From Mobula hypostoma (Eukaryota), in NCBI RefSeq assembly GCF_963921235.1, contig NC_086099.1, positions 124,248,001-124,312,000 on the forward strand: a stretch of 64,000 bases of DNA. Reading direction: 5' to 3'. Made by a program: the position numbers and the translations under genes. Each line of letters opens with the position of its first letter. The first letter of the stretch is position 1. Positions 23,961 to 35,927 of the stretch are shown here, piece after piece. The notes beneath the pieces are model-generated. The model had not been told where the DNA came from and made no database searches. It saw only the letters and a program-made list of their open reading frames with translations.

Positions 23961-24410
23961 CATGTGTCTAATCTCTTGGATAGTAGTTTTCCTGATGATG
24001 AGTTAAGAGAACGGCAAGCTTTTGACACTTGCTATTGCAAACGCAACCTATTTTGACTTCGGAGAAGAGAATGTTGTATGACTGACAAAAAAAAAAATAC
24101 AATGAAGGTTTGGCCTCAAAAATATCACAGCAATAATGTGATTTCAAATTTTTGTTTCTGAGAAAGATAAGACTGATTCAATTAAGACATTCATTGATAT
24201 GTTGAACTGTATGCTCAGAAATGAAGAATTTAAAGAACTGTCAACTATTGTTGACATCATTGGAACACTTCAAGCATCGAGTACCCACTGTGAACATGGA
24301 TTCCATCTTATGAGTTCCACTGACGGCAAATCTGGAAACAGACTAGAAATGGAAAATTTGGATGATCTAATTCGGATGGTCTTTCAGTCAACCCTGCACT
24401 CCTTGGGTTG
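23961..24410 (+). pseudogene. hAT-superfamily transposase relic (C-terminal dimerisation region)
   Basis: IIGTLQASSTHCEHGFHLM...GNRLEMENLDDLIRM matches the hAT C-terminal pattern SSAxCERGFSxM...RNRL...LDDLMRI. An upstream FPDDEL..AFD segment is also present. Confidence 0.75.
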
Positions 24411-24479
24411 ACATCTTCTGGATAGATCATGGAACCATATATTTCACTTCCTTTATGACTCTTATCCTTGTTCTTTGTC

Positions 24480-25095
24480 TCGGATGTGATTCTGGAACTG
24501 TTGAAGCCTATGATTTACTGTATGGAAATCAATTAAGTGTTCCAGCGCTCTGCATTCTCCAAGAGGATTCCAGAGGCTGCGTGCGTGAACCTCAAGTCAG
24601 GCAGGCTGCAGGATGGCTGTGGGACATGAGCCGATGTTTGACTCCGTTTTGCTGATTAAAGCTTCCATTGCACCTTAAATGACGAGGGAGTTTGAAGCAT
24701 TGAGGTGAGTATGGATGGTGAGTGCTGGCTGCCTGCCTGTTGATCATTGACGATCACTCTGCTATGTTTTCTGAGAGAGGAGAGTTGTCCGCTGTGCCTG
24801 GAGAATGTTACCCAGGTCTTTTGTGTTTTGGATGTGGACTTGGACTATAGACTTTTTTTTCTAGTCTTACTGTTTTTTGTATTCGGTATTTTCCTCCAGA
24901 CCTTTCATGTTTTTTTTGTGTGGGATGATTTGAGGGGTCGATGAGCCTATTCCATTTTGTTCATTTTTTGTGCAGGGAGGGGATATTTTGAAGTTGATGA
25001 TCGTGCTACCTTTCTTTTCTTTCTTGGTTTCATGGCTACCTAGAGAATTGAAGAATTTCAGAGTTATATATTTTGATAATAAAGAGACCTTTGAA
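24480..25095 (+). mobile_element. Uncharacterised non-coding interspersed repeat
   Basis: GC-richer head, T-rich body, ends GATAATAAAG. Architecture resembles 22204-22870 and 46990-47420 but no coding match was found. Confidence 0.35.
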
Positions 25096-25536
25096 CAATT
25101 TTTAATGAGAATTAAAATGTATCTTTCATCTGGATGCAAAATTAATCTGGATAGTGTTTATAGACAATGGATTTGTAATAAAGACAGATGAGAAAAGGTT
25201 TATGAAAGCTTTTCTTTGTTGTACTTTTTTCATTATAACCTTCAATTAATAAATAAAATCAAAAGTATATGATTCTTAAATTTTCATTCTGAAAACACTT
25301 AAAGTGCCACACAGTTTTCAGGCCATGTAAAAATTTCCAGCTCAGAGCAATGGTTGGTCTACACAGCTATAAAAAACTTTAGAGGGAATGTTGGATATTG
25401 CTCCTACTACTAAGGGTGGGATATATTATTTGCTATTGAGTTAATTAGGGATATTAACCAGGCATAGGGACTCTTGTGAATATGTTGTAAAAATTTTGAA
25501 GGATCATTTATCAGGCACTTTCGAAGGAGTTCACGG

Positions 25537-26339
25537 TATTACGTACCCCATAACTGGGTTACCAAACCAGCAGAAATGGAACACTCGTTGGTGTCTGGAT
25601 TACTAGGAACTAATAAAGTTTTATTAAAGAACTAAGTAATACAGTACTCTAATTGTAAGGATATAAATTTGACAGGTTAGCAATGATAATACACACATAT
25701 ACACAGAACTAGGGTAATAGGAATCAACCAAGCTCTATCGCAGTCTAGGGGTAAAATGATCAGTCTTTAGTGACACAGAGCTCAGTTCAGTTTAGTACAG
25801 TTCGCAGTAATCACTATTGTGGTACCATTGGAGAGGGGGTGGGGGGATGCAATTTGGTTCAGGCAGACCTTTGATGTCTTCTATCCCGCCGTGGTCACCG
25901 ATTGTGAGCCCTCCGTTCCAGATACGATCGTTCTTCCGCGGTGAACCCGGCACCTAGGCGAGGGCGGACATACACACCAGGTTCCCACCGATCGTACTTT
26001 ACACGCTGTGAGCCTATGGTCGGTTCCCGCGAACCGGACCTCCAAACTCACACCACTTGTGGGGGCACACCGCTCTTTCCAGGGTCTCGTTGTCTCGTGG
26101 TCTCGTGGTGTCCCGTGCCTTAGCAAACCTGCTCTTTTTATCCCCCTGCTGGGGTATCACCTGTCCATCAAACTTCAAACAGTTCAGGTTCAAAGCAACC
26201 GGTCTGCCAATATTCTGAATTGTGTTTCTTTTCCGTTAATCCCTCTCTCCTCTCTTATTAGCATTTTGAATGTTTCTCCATTGTCTCTCTTATCTCTCTC
26301 ATTAGCATCAATCGTCCGATAGCTTGGTTTGGCGTCACA
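25537..26339 (-). repeat. 3' LTR of the Gmr1-like element
   Basis: Direct repeat of 29834-30649. The minus strand starts TGTGACG and is preceded by the purine tract GAAGGGTAGGGG. Confidence 0.95.
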
Positions 26340-26451
26340 CCCCTACCCTTCAAAGGATTTTTACCGGGGTAAAAATCATGGGCATGAATGCACATTATTA
26401 GATACACACTAATATACAGGGTCATCAGCTATTCAGCTAATACAGAGAGCT

Positions 26452-27782
26452 TTAAGTTTCAACACCTTGACAGTCATCAATCATATTGTCCGTTCCTTTT
26501 ATTTGTTTTATTTTAATATCAAATTCCTGTAAGACCAGGCTCCAACTTAGTAACCTTTTGTTTTCATCCTTCATAGTGGCCAAAAACACTAATGGGTTGT
26601 GATCAGTGTAAATTATCAGTGGTTTCCGTGCCGGACAAATATAAACCTCAAAATGTTGCAATGCTAGTACAATTGCCAGTAATTCCTTCTCCACAGTGGA
26701 ATAATTTCTCTAATGCACATTAAATTTCTTAGAAAAATAAGCGACTGGGTGGTCAAACTCCTCTTTGTCTGTCTGCAACAGCACCGCCCCGGCTGCTTAG
26801 TCGCTAGCATCTGTTGCTAGGGAGAAGGGTTTTGAAAAGACAGGTGCATTCAGCATAGGATGGTGACACAGAATCGCCTTCAGACTCTCGAAGGCCTGTT
26901 GACAAAGGTCGTTCCACGCAAACTTCGCATTCTTTGGCAAGAGCTTAGTTAGAGGGAGGGTAATATCTGCAAAGTTTTTGCAAAACTTCCTATAGTATCC
27001 CACCATCCCCAAGAACCTTCTCAGGGCTCTCTTGTTTGTTGGGATGGGGACTTCAGAGATAGCCTGCACCTTAGCCTGCATCGGTGCCAGCTGCCCCTGT
27101 CCTACTACAAATCCCATATAAGTGACCTACGCGTGGCCGAATTCACTTTTTGCGAGGTTCACTGTCAGGTTGGCTTCAGACAGCTGCTTAAACAGTTTCT
27201 CTACCGCCACAATGTGCACCTCCCATGTGTCACCCCAGACGACTAAATCATCAATATACGCTTCTGCGTTCTTTAGCCCTTTTGTCACTGAATTAATCAT
27301 CCTATAGGGATGTTGCTTACTAGGCTGACCTGATGTGAGAACAACATCATGTACCGTCCCTTTGCATCGCCTCGGGACATCCGGACATACGTCTGCTTGC
27401 CGGTTAATTAGCTTTATCAACAGCTCGCTCTGTTTGGGGGTTAAGTGAGAGACCTTATCAGCAAAGTTGGCCAAAACAATAGAGTTCTCCCATCTGGCGG
27501 CACCATATTTATCGTTTCAAGATGGGTTTTCCCCTTATCAGTTGGCACCCCAGCCTCATTAAATTTCGTGATAACACTGACTAGGTCTGCTTTCTTATCG
27601 TGGTAAGCTGTTAACATATTAATAGGCTCTAACTGTGTCGGCTCACATCTACAATACTCAATAATATCCTCCCTCATGCTCGGCCAGTAAAACTCTTTCA
27701 TAATTCTATCGACTCTCTTCCTCACCCCAAAATGTCCACCGAGGGGGTATCTTGTGGGCCAGGTTAAAAATCTCGTCCTCAT
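26452..27782 (-). pseudogene. Gypsy pol remnants: integrase N-terminus (core deleted), partial RT, RNase H
   Basis: ORFs 27441-27782, 27127-27474, 26797-27117 and 26452-26694. EYCR jumps directly to the HINML-like post-integrase motif, and QHPYRM jumps directly to INSV...YIDD. Confidence 0.9.
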
Positions 27783-29734
27783 AAATTTTCGGCACTACCA
27801 CCTGGTGTATCACCCCCCACCCCCCACTCCACATCTGCAGGCACGGTACTTGGTCTCCACTTCCTCATCAGTACTCCCTCCTTCACATAAAAGCCCACTG
27901 GCTCCCTTTTTATTTCTGCTTTGAGGAGAGCTGTCTCCATCAAAACCATCAGCTCCTCGTCTCGTTCCTGTGCCTGTATAAATTCCTTCCTCGCTAATGA
28001 TAAATCTACCTCAACTCCCTCACTTCCTTCCGCTCCACTATGCTCCTTCTTCTCACTTCCTAACCCCTCCTGGTACAAGGCTGGTAAAAACGTCTCAGCT
28101 AAATCTACATTCGCTTCGGCAGCCTTTCTGAACATGCGCCGAGTCACTGCGCAAACGGGATAAACCTGTGTGTCTATGGGCGGGTCCTCAGTCCTGGCAG
28201 GTTTGCTTGTCGGTTTTACTGCTGAGAACACATCTCCGCCTGCAAGGTCATTACCGAGTAAGACCTCCACGTCTTCCATCAGTAATTCGGACCTCACCCC
28301 TATCGTGACCGGTCCGGAGACCAAATCGCTTTTTAGGTGTATCTGGTGCAAAGGTACTGCTTCAGTCCCTTTCCCAATGCCTTTTATCACACTGACCTCC
28401 CCAGTCTCGGTCTCTGCACTAAAGTCTAACACACTCCTTAAGATCAATGACTGACAAGCCCCAGTTTCTCTCCAGATCCGTGCTGGAACTGGGTTTGACC
28501 CCTCCTTCACCGACACCAATCCGGCCGAAATAAACTTCTCGCGCCCTTCCTGAACTCTATCAGACCTCTTCTCCCCTAGCGGTTTGTTTGCTGGCTCAAT
28601 ACAGCCAGTCGGAGTTGTCGTTTTTCCTTTCCCCGTCTCCTTCTTTGGGGCAAAGATCCTGGACGCAAAGTGAACGGCTTTCCCACAATTATAGTATACG
28701 AAACCAGGAGACTTCCTACCAAACTGCTCCCGGTCTTCCTTATCCTTCTCACTAGTCCCCGGCTTACTTTCTGGTTTTTCCGGCGGACTCTCTCCGCCCT
28801 CTTGACTACCCTTCTGGTAGCTTTTACTCGGGGTAAGCTTCGCTTTGTGTGTTAATGCATACTCATCCGCTAACTTAGCAGTTGCGGCTAAGGTTTCTGC
28901 CTCTTTCTCATCTAGATAGGGCCTCATACCTTCAGGGACACGACCTTTAAACTGCTCAATCAGTATTAGCTGTAGCAGTCTGTCATAATCCCCACTGACC
29001 CCTTTCGAAGCGCACCAACGCTCACAATACATCTGCATCTCAGGGGCAAACTCTAAATACGTGCGGCTCCACTGCTTCCTCACATTCTGGAACCTCTGCC
29101 GGTATGCCTCCAGGACCAACTCATAAATCCTGAGTATGGCCTCTTTCACCACATCATACCTCTGGGCATCTTCTGCTGACAATGCTGAGTAAGCTTGCTG
29201 AGCCTTCTCTTTAAGTACGCTCTGAAACAAAACAGCCCACTTATCCCTCGGTCAGTCCTGACTTGCAGCGACTTTTTCAAAATGTAGAAAGTACCGATCA
29301 ACATCGGCCTCCTCAAATGGGGGAACCAACCTAACCTCCTGGGTCGCCCTGAACCCTCCACCTTGGTTTGGCATGGGCCCCTGCGCTAGTGTCATCCTTA
29401 ACTTCTCCAGCTCAAATTTCCTGTCCTTCTGCTTCTCTCTCTCTTCTCGTTCCAGCTGCTTTACCCAGAACTCGTGCTCGAGTCTCAATTTTTCCATCTG
29501 CCGCTGTACTGCTTCTCCACCAGGCTTGCCCATAGATACCACCTCCAGCTCCCCTTGGGGAAACACACCTTTAGATACATAATGCTCAACGATAGCTCTG
29601 TGCATCTCCGCTCTCCTCATTGTCGACTTCCCCTTAAAAAGATTCAACCGTTTGGCAACAGTTGCCAATTCTGATTTCCTGGCATCTTCTAATGCCTCCA
29701 AGGTTGGCACTTTTAGAAATTCCTCAGTCTCCAT
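27779..29734 (-). pseudogene. Gypsy gag (SCAN-like capsid domain, degenerate zinc knuckle) plus protease
   Basis: PPFEEADVDRYFLHFEKVA, EAYRQRFQ, LLQLILIEQF, AKLADEY, YNCGKAVHFA, ETGACQSL. One premature stop and one frameshift near 29230-29255. Confidence 0.9.
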
Positions 29735-29810
29735 TTCTGCTGTTTGCCCGTTCTTTCTTTCGGGAATTTTAACCCAATCAATTTACCCAGTCCCAAATTT
29801 GGCGTTCAAA

Positions 29811-29829
29811 ATCCCGGACGAGATCCCCA
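29811..29829 (-). other. Primer-binding site complementary to tRNA-Pro (slightly mutated)
   Basis: TGGGGATCTCGTCCGGGAT versus the canonical TGGGGGCTCGTCCGGGAT, 4 nt from the 5' LTR. Confidence 0.85.
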
Positions 29830-29833
29830 CTTA

Positions 29834-30649
29834 TGTTAAGTACCTCGTAACTGGGTTGCCAAACCAGCAGAAATGGAACGCTCATTGGAGTCTAGATTAC
29901 TAGGAACTAATAAAGTTTTATTAAAGAAATAAGTAATACAGTACTCTAATCATAAGGATATAAATGTGACAGGTTAGCAATGATAATACACACATATACA
30001 CAGAACTAGAGTAATAGGAATCAACCAAGCTCTATCGCAGTCTCAGGGTAAAATGATCAGTCTTAAGTGACGCAGAGTTCAGTTCAGTTTAGTGCAGTTC
30101 TCAGTAATCACTGTTGTGGTACTATTGGAGAGAGAGAGAGAGAGAGAGGGGGGGGATACAATTTGGTTCAGGCAGACCTTTGATGTCTTCTATCCCGCTG
30201 TGGTCACCGACTGTGACCCCTCCGTTCCGGATACGATCGTTCTTCCGCGGTGAACCCGGCACCCAGGCGAGGGCGGACATACACACCAGGTTCCCACCAA
30301 TCGTACCTTTACACCCTGTGAGCCTATGGTCGGTTCCCGCGAACTGGACCTGCAAACTCTCACCACATGTGGGGGCACACCACTCTTTCCAGGGTCTCGT
30401 TGTCTCGTGGTCTCGTGGTGTCCCGTGCCTTAGCAAACCTGCTCTTTTTATCCCCCTGATCGGGTATCGCCTGTCCATCAAACTTCAAACAGTTCAGGTT
30501 CAAAGCAACCGGTCTGTCAATATTCTGAATTGTGTTTTTTTTCTGTTAATCCCTCTCTCTTCTCTTATTAGCATTTTGAATGTTTCTCCATTGTCTCTCT
30601 TATCTCCCTCATTAGCATCAATCGTCTGTTAGCTTGGTTTCGCGTCACA
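29834..30649 (-). repeat. 5' LTR of the Gmr1-like element
   Basis: TG...CA termini on the minus strand, internal (GA)n expansion at about 30129-30147. Confidence 0.95.
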
Positions 30650-30814
30650 ATCATTAAGTACTCGGAATGTGCAGCCATGTACCAGAAGAAATGCTTGGTG
30701 CCAGCTTAAAGTCCGCAACAAGAAGATTCAGACCTTCTTAGACTGGGATGATTGGTTGTGTTGACCTTAAGGCAAATTGAAGGGAGAGAGCAGAACAGCC
30801 ATGGCATGGGAAGG

Positions 30815-33206
30815 CTGACGAAAAGGCCACAGAATCCACAGCCTCCCGCAACTTCCTGTCGTCTATCAAGCAGGGCTTAGACGACGGCAAGCGGGAGAGT
30901 CTGGATCAGCCACTGACCCTGGACGAGTTGACAGGCTCCATCCCTTCCTTTGGGTCGGGTAAGACTCCCGGAGGCGACGGCTTACCGGCTGAGTTGTACT
31001 CGGCTCTGTGGAACTGGATGGGCCCAGACCTGCTGGAAGTGTACAATGCTATGCTTCTGGCCGGCAGTATGTCAGAGTCCATGAGGAAGGGCATCATCAC
31101 CCTCATCTACAAGCAGAAAGGCGAAAGGGAGGACATTAGAAATTGGAGGCCCATATCTCTCCTGAACGTGGATTACAAGATCCTGTCCAAGGCTATCGCC
31201 AACAGGGTCAAGTCTGCTCTCAGACAGGTGATTCACCCGGACCAAACCTGTGCTGTACCGGGCAGGAAGATCTCAGACAGCCTGGCGCTGCTGAGGGACA
31301 CCATCGCCTACGTGCAGGACAGCGGAGTGAACGCCTGCCTAGTCAGCTTGGACCAGGAGAAAGCCTTCGACAGGATATCGCACACGTACATGGTGGACGT
31401 GCTCTCTAAAATGGGATTTGGGGAGGGAATCCGGAATTGGATCAGACTGCTCTACACAGACATCCGTAGTGCAGTCCAGGTCAACGGGTGGGAAACAGAA
31501 AGCTTCCCCATCAGGTCTGGAGTCAGGCAGGGCTGTCCCCTCTCCCCTGTCTTGTTTGTCGGCTGCATGGAACCTTTTGCGGAAGCCATCAGGAGGGATG
31601 AGGGCATAAGAGGGGTGACGCTGCCAGGCAGTGGAGGGACCCAAGTGAAAACCTCCCTGTACATGGACGACGTCACCGTCTTCTGCTCTGATCCGAGGTC
31701 AGTTCACAGGTTGATTGGCATCTGCGAACAGTTCGAGCTATCGGCGGGGGCCAGGGTCAACCGCACGAAGAGCGAAGCCATGCTCTTCGGCAACTGGCCC
31801 GACTGATCCACCGTCCCCTTCACCATCAGGTCTGACCACGTGAAGATGTTGGGGATCTGGTTCGGAGGGGCTGAGGCGTGCAAGAAGAACTGGCGGGAGC
31901 GGACTGCCAAGGTGAAACAGAAACTGGGACTGTGAGGAGGGCGCTCCCTGTCGATAACGGGCAAGAACCTGGTCATCAGGTGTGAGGTGCTCTCAGGGCT
32001 GCTGTACTTGGCACAGGTGTGGCCCGTCCCCCTCTGCTGCAGCTCGGAAATCACCCGAGCTGTCTTCAGGTTCGTCTGGGAATCCAAGATGGAGTGGGTG
32101 AGACGGACCGTCATGCACAAGTCCCTGGACAACGGGGGCAAGAACGTCCCCAATATCGCCCTCACCCTGATGGCCAGCTTCGTATGTGGCTGCATCAGGT
32201 TGTGTGTAGAACCCAGGTATGTGGGCACCAAGCACCACTATGTGCCCAGGTTCTACCTGTCGCCCTGGCTACGAAGGATGGGTCTGGACCCACTCCCGCG
32301 CAACGCCCCAGTCAGCTGGTCGTTGCCGGCATACCTGTCCGACGTAGCAAAGTTCTTCCAGGAGAACGCCTTTGACCACAGGGCCATCAGGCAGTGGTCG
32401 GCACGTAGTGGCCTGCAGGCACTGCAGGTGAAGGACGTGATGGACACAGTGGGGTGGTTCCCTGAGCAGACTGTCCAGTTCATCTGGCAAAATGCCTCAT
32501 CGCCAGATCTCATCAACAGGCACCGAGACCTCGCCTGGCTGGCAGTGAGAGGGGCCCTCCCAGTCAGAGCCCTCCTGTACGCCCAGAACGTCGTCTCCGC
32601 ACCCCACTGCCCACGGGAGGACTGCAGTGAGGAGGAGTCTGTGACCCACCTCTTTGCACACTGCCAGTTCGCAAAGAGGGTGTGGAGGAGGATGGACAGG
32701 CTAGTGTCACGTTTCATCCCCAGCAGCTGCGTAACAGAGGACTCTCTGATTTACGGACTGTTCCCGGGGACGCACAGGGAGACCAACATCCGGTGCTGCT
32801 GGCAGATCATCAACTCGGTGAAAGACGCTCTTTGGTCGGCCCGAAACTTGATGATCTACCAGCACATGGAGATGTCCGTGGGAGAATGCTGCCGACTGGC
32901 ACATTCTCGGTTGCAGGAGTACGTGCTGAGGGACGCACTGAAACTCGGTGCAGCCACCGCAAGGGCCCGGTAGGGAAGGACCACAGTATAGGTTTCTCCA
33001 CCCGTGGGAGTGGGAGGGGTCGGAGGGCAGGGAGTATACCCCTCAACAATGGTGTGGTAAGGTGAACAACTGGAGTGCCACATGGGTGGCCATAAGTACG
33101 GATATGGACTGACTATAATAGAAACGTATGTAAGAGATGAAAAGTTATTGAATGGTTTATTGTATACATTTATTTTTGAATGAAGTATATTTTGAAATCT
33201 TAAAAA
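30815..33206 (+). mobile_element. 5'-truncated Tx1-like (L1 group) LINE
   Basis: GKTPGGDGLPAELY, NWRPISLLNVDYKIL, LDQEKAFDRI, GVRQGCPLSP, YMDD, and the C-terminal CPREDC...ESVTHLFAHC. 3' UTR ends in a short A run. Confidence 0.92.
30817..32991 (+). pseudogene. Tx1-like ORF2 RT plus C-terminal zinc motif, single frame with three nonsense codons
   Basis: ORFs 30928-31806 and 31987-32973 share a frame. Stops at 31804 (TGA), 31933 (TGA) and 32971 (TAG); probable natural stop at 32989-32991. Confidence 0.88.
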
Positions 33207-33488
33207 ATTTGTTTGTTTATGTTTATTTAAAGTTCTTCAGGTTCTTTGAGGCCCACTGCTCATCACTCCCCTGATTTAACCATGGCCTAGTCACAGGACA
33301 GTTTACAATGACCAATTAACCTACTAATTGGTAGGTCTTTGGACCGTGAGAGGAAACCGGAGAGCCCAGAGGAAACCCATGCGGTCACAGGGAAAACATC
33401 CATACTCCTTGCAGATAGCAGCAGGAAATAAACCCAGGCTGTTGGTACTGTAAAGCGCCGTGCTAACCACGACACTGCCGTGCCACCT
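33207..33488 (-). mobile_element. HE1-like V-SINE (tRNA-derived)
   Basis: Minus strand starts GGTGGCACGGCAGTGTCGTGGTTAGCAC and carries the V-core TGGGTTTCCTCTGGGCTCTCCGGTTTCCTC...AGGTTAATTGG, with an A-rich tail. Confidence 0.85.
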
Positions 33489-33682
33489 CGTGTGCTGGAA
33501 ACATCAAGGAGGAAGGCACCATTTGAGATAAGAAAAGGTAACAATGAATGTCAAAATCCAGGGATTTGTAGGGCTGACTTATGAGCATCTGACATGTGTT
33601 CATGTGTTTACTTGCTACAGGCCAGGACTGGTTCAGATATTTCAAAGCCGAGTGGAGAGATGGGTGACAGGCACTGGTAAAT

Positions 33683-34505
33683 ACTCAGAATCAGGTTTCA
33701 TATCACTGGTATACACCGTGAAATTTGTTGTTATGCAGTGACAATACATTGCAGTACATAATAATAAAAAATGTGAATTACAGTAAGAAGAATATATATA
33801 AAAATGTTAAATTAAATAAGTAGTGCAAAAAGAGCAAATAAAAGTAGTGAGGTACTGTTCATGCTTTCAATGTCCATTCACAAATCTGACGGCAGAAGGG
33901 AAGAAACTGTTGCTAAATCGCTAAGTGTGGTCTTCAGTACCTCCTCCTTGGTGGTAGCAATGAGAAGAGGGCATGTCCTGGGTGATGGGGGTCGCCTATT
34001 TGAGGCATTGCTCCATGAAGGTGTGCTGGATTCTGGAGACACTAGTGCTCGTGATAATGCTGACTGAGTTTACAACTGTCGGCAGCTTATTTCGATCTTC
34101 TGCAGTTCTCCCCGCCCCCCCATGCTAGATGGTGATGTGATGCAGCCAGTTAGAGTGCTCTCCACAGCACATCTGTAGAAATTTGCAAGGTCTTTGATGA
34201 CATACTAAATCTCCTCAAGCTCCTAATGAAATATTGCCACTGTTGTGCTTTCTTTGCAACTGCATTGATATGTTGATCCCATGATAGATGCTCAGAGATG
34301 GTGACACCCAGGAACCTGCAATAGCTCACCCTCTCCACTTCTGACCCCTCCATGAGGACAGGTGTGTGTTCCCCCGTCTTACCCTTTCAGGAGTGCACAA
34401 TCAATTCCTTGGTCTTACTGACAATGAGTGCAAGGTTGTTGCTGTGACAGCACTCAACCAGCTGATCTATCTTGCTCTTGCATGCATTCTTGTCACCACC
34501 TGAAA
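33683..34505 (-). mobile_element. Rex1/Babar fragment
   Basis: ORF 34150-34353 (EVERVSYCRFLGVTISEHLSW) and upstream SKTKELIV...KG remnants. Confidence 0.85.
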
Positions 34506-34514
34506 TTCTGCCAA

Positions 34515-34640
34515 CTCCTCATCTTTTTTTCTCCAGTCCTGCTGAAGGGTCTCAGCCCGAAACGTCGACTGTACTCTTTTCCATAGATGCTGCCTGTCCT
34601 GCTGAGTACCTCCAGAATTTTGTGTGTTCTGCCAACAACA
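34515..34640 (+). mobile_element. Penelope-like 3' fragment with core-mutated hammerhead motif (34535-34570)
   Basis: AGTC-CTGCTGA-AGG-GTCTCAG-CCC-GAAA-CG-TC-GACT followed by GATGCTGCCTG. Confidence 0.75.
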
Positions 34641-35320
34641 GTTGCGTCCAAGAATACAGAGCAAGCCAGTTCTGATCTTGGGTTTTAATCCATTTTGGTG
34701 CCCCATACCTTTTTCACTTTCTCCTATTTCTTTGTATCTGTACCATCTCCTTGTCTAGACGTTAAAAGGCTCAAACATTGACTGATTCCAGTTTTTTCTC
34801 CAGAAAAAAAATCCAGTGTGTTTCCAGCTTATATTTGGTTTAGTTGTCACATTTCCAGCTGCATTATTTTCTGGCCCAACATATCACGCCTGCTGGTGAA
34901 CTCAGATTTCTCCAGACTCTGCTCCCTTGGAGATCCCTGCTGATTCATTCTCAGCTGTTGCATAAAAATTCTTAGACACAGAGCAACTGTAGGCCAATAA
35001 AAGCACAACATATCCTGGTGTCTAGCAACCAGCTACAAAGAAACATGGGAGCGACAGAGGAGATGGTTATTTTTAGGAGGGGAGTTTGATGATAAATAGT
35101 TCAACATCGTGCACCCCTGCTGCTTGCCATTTCAATGTAAATAGATAACCTGTTCCATTCCATTTAATCGTGTTGAGTCTGAGACAAATTGTAGGATTTG
35201 CTCCTTGGTGACAGGATGATTCACCATGCTGAAACTTAGCAAAAGGTCAGAGTAAGGGTGTGTGGAAAAGTGTAGTGGAACATCTTGTCTGCCGTTATAA
35301 GCCAATGTGACAGTAATTGA

Positions 35321-35531
35321 CATCAAAGTTGCTGGTGAACGCAGCAGGCCAGGCAGCATCTATAGGAAGAGGCACAGTCGACGTTTCAGGCCGAGACCCT
35401 TCCTGACGAAGGGTCTCGGCCTGAAACGTCGACTGCGCCTCTTCCTATAGATGCTGCCTGGCCTGCTGCGTTCACCAGCAACTTTGATGTGTGTTGCTTG
35501 AATTTCCAGCATCTGCAGAATTCCTGTTGTT
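35321..35531. mobile_element. 211-bp Penelope-derived hairpin mini-element with 15-bp TSD
   Basis: 82-bp inverted arms (35321-35402 and 35408-35489, one mismatch), 5-nt loop CTGAC, 42-nt 3' tail. TSD TGTGACAGTAATTGA at 35306-35320 and 35532-35546. Confidence 0.95.
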
Positions 35532-35927
35532 TGTGACAGTAATTGATGCAGGTATCTCGAAAATGCTCTGTCAGTTGGAAGTTACTTGTAACCACAGTGA
35601 GGCAAATTGTCTGGTGCACAGTGTGTGGGAAATTGTTTGAATTTAGTTTGAGGTCCAGAGAATCTAATAAATATATTTAATTTACATCTGGCAATTGTTT
35701 CCAGCAGATTGGCTGGTGACATTAGAAGTCGCTCTGGAGTTTAGGAGATGGGACGGATGTGAATGGCCAGTATGGCTTTGTGCACAGAATTCCCATTGGT
35801 ACTTTGTAAATTAACAGGTTCCCCCTTTACTCATTTGGCTGGCTGGTGGGCTGTGTAGATATATCTGTTGGAATTCCATTTGCTTGCTCAAAGATGATTT
35901 TTTTCTCAGCAGGTGGCAATCAGAGTG

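Larger units (their letters stand above)
25537..30649 (-). mobile_element. Gmr1-like Gypsy LTR retrotransposon with internal deletions
   Basis: Two LTRs of about 0.8 kb, PBS, PPT, SCAN-like gag, protease (ETGACQSL), integrase zinc finger (GGHFGVRK...FYWP) upstream of RT (YIDD) and RNase H (EKELLA, YTDHNPL). Confidence 0.95.
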
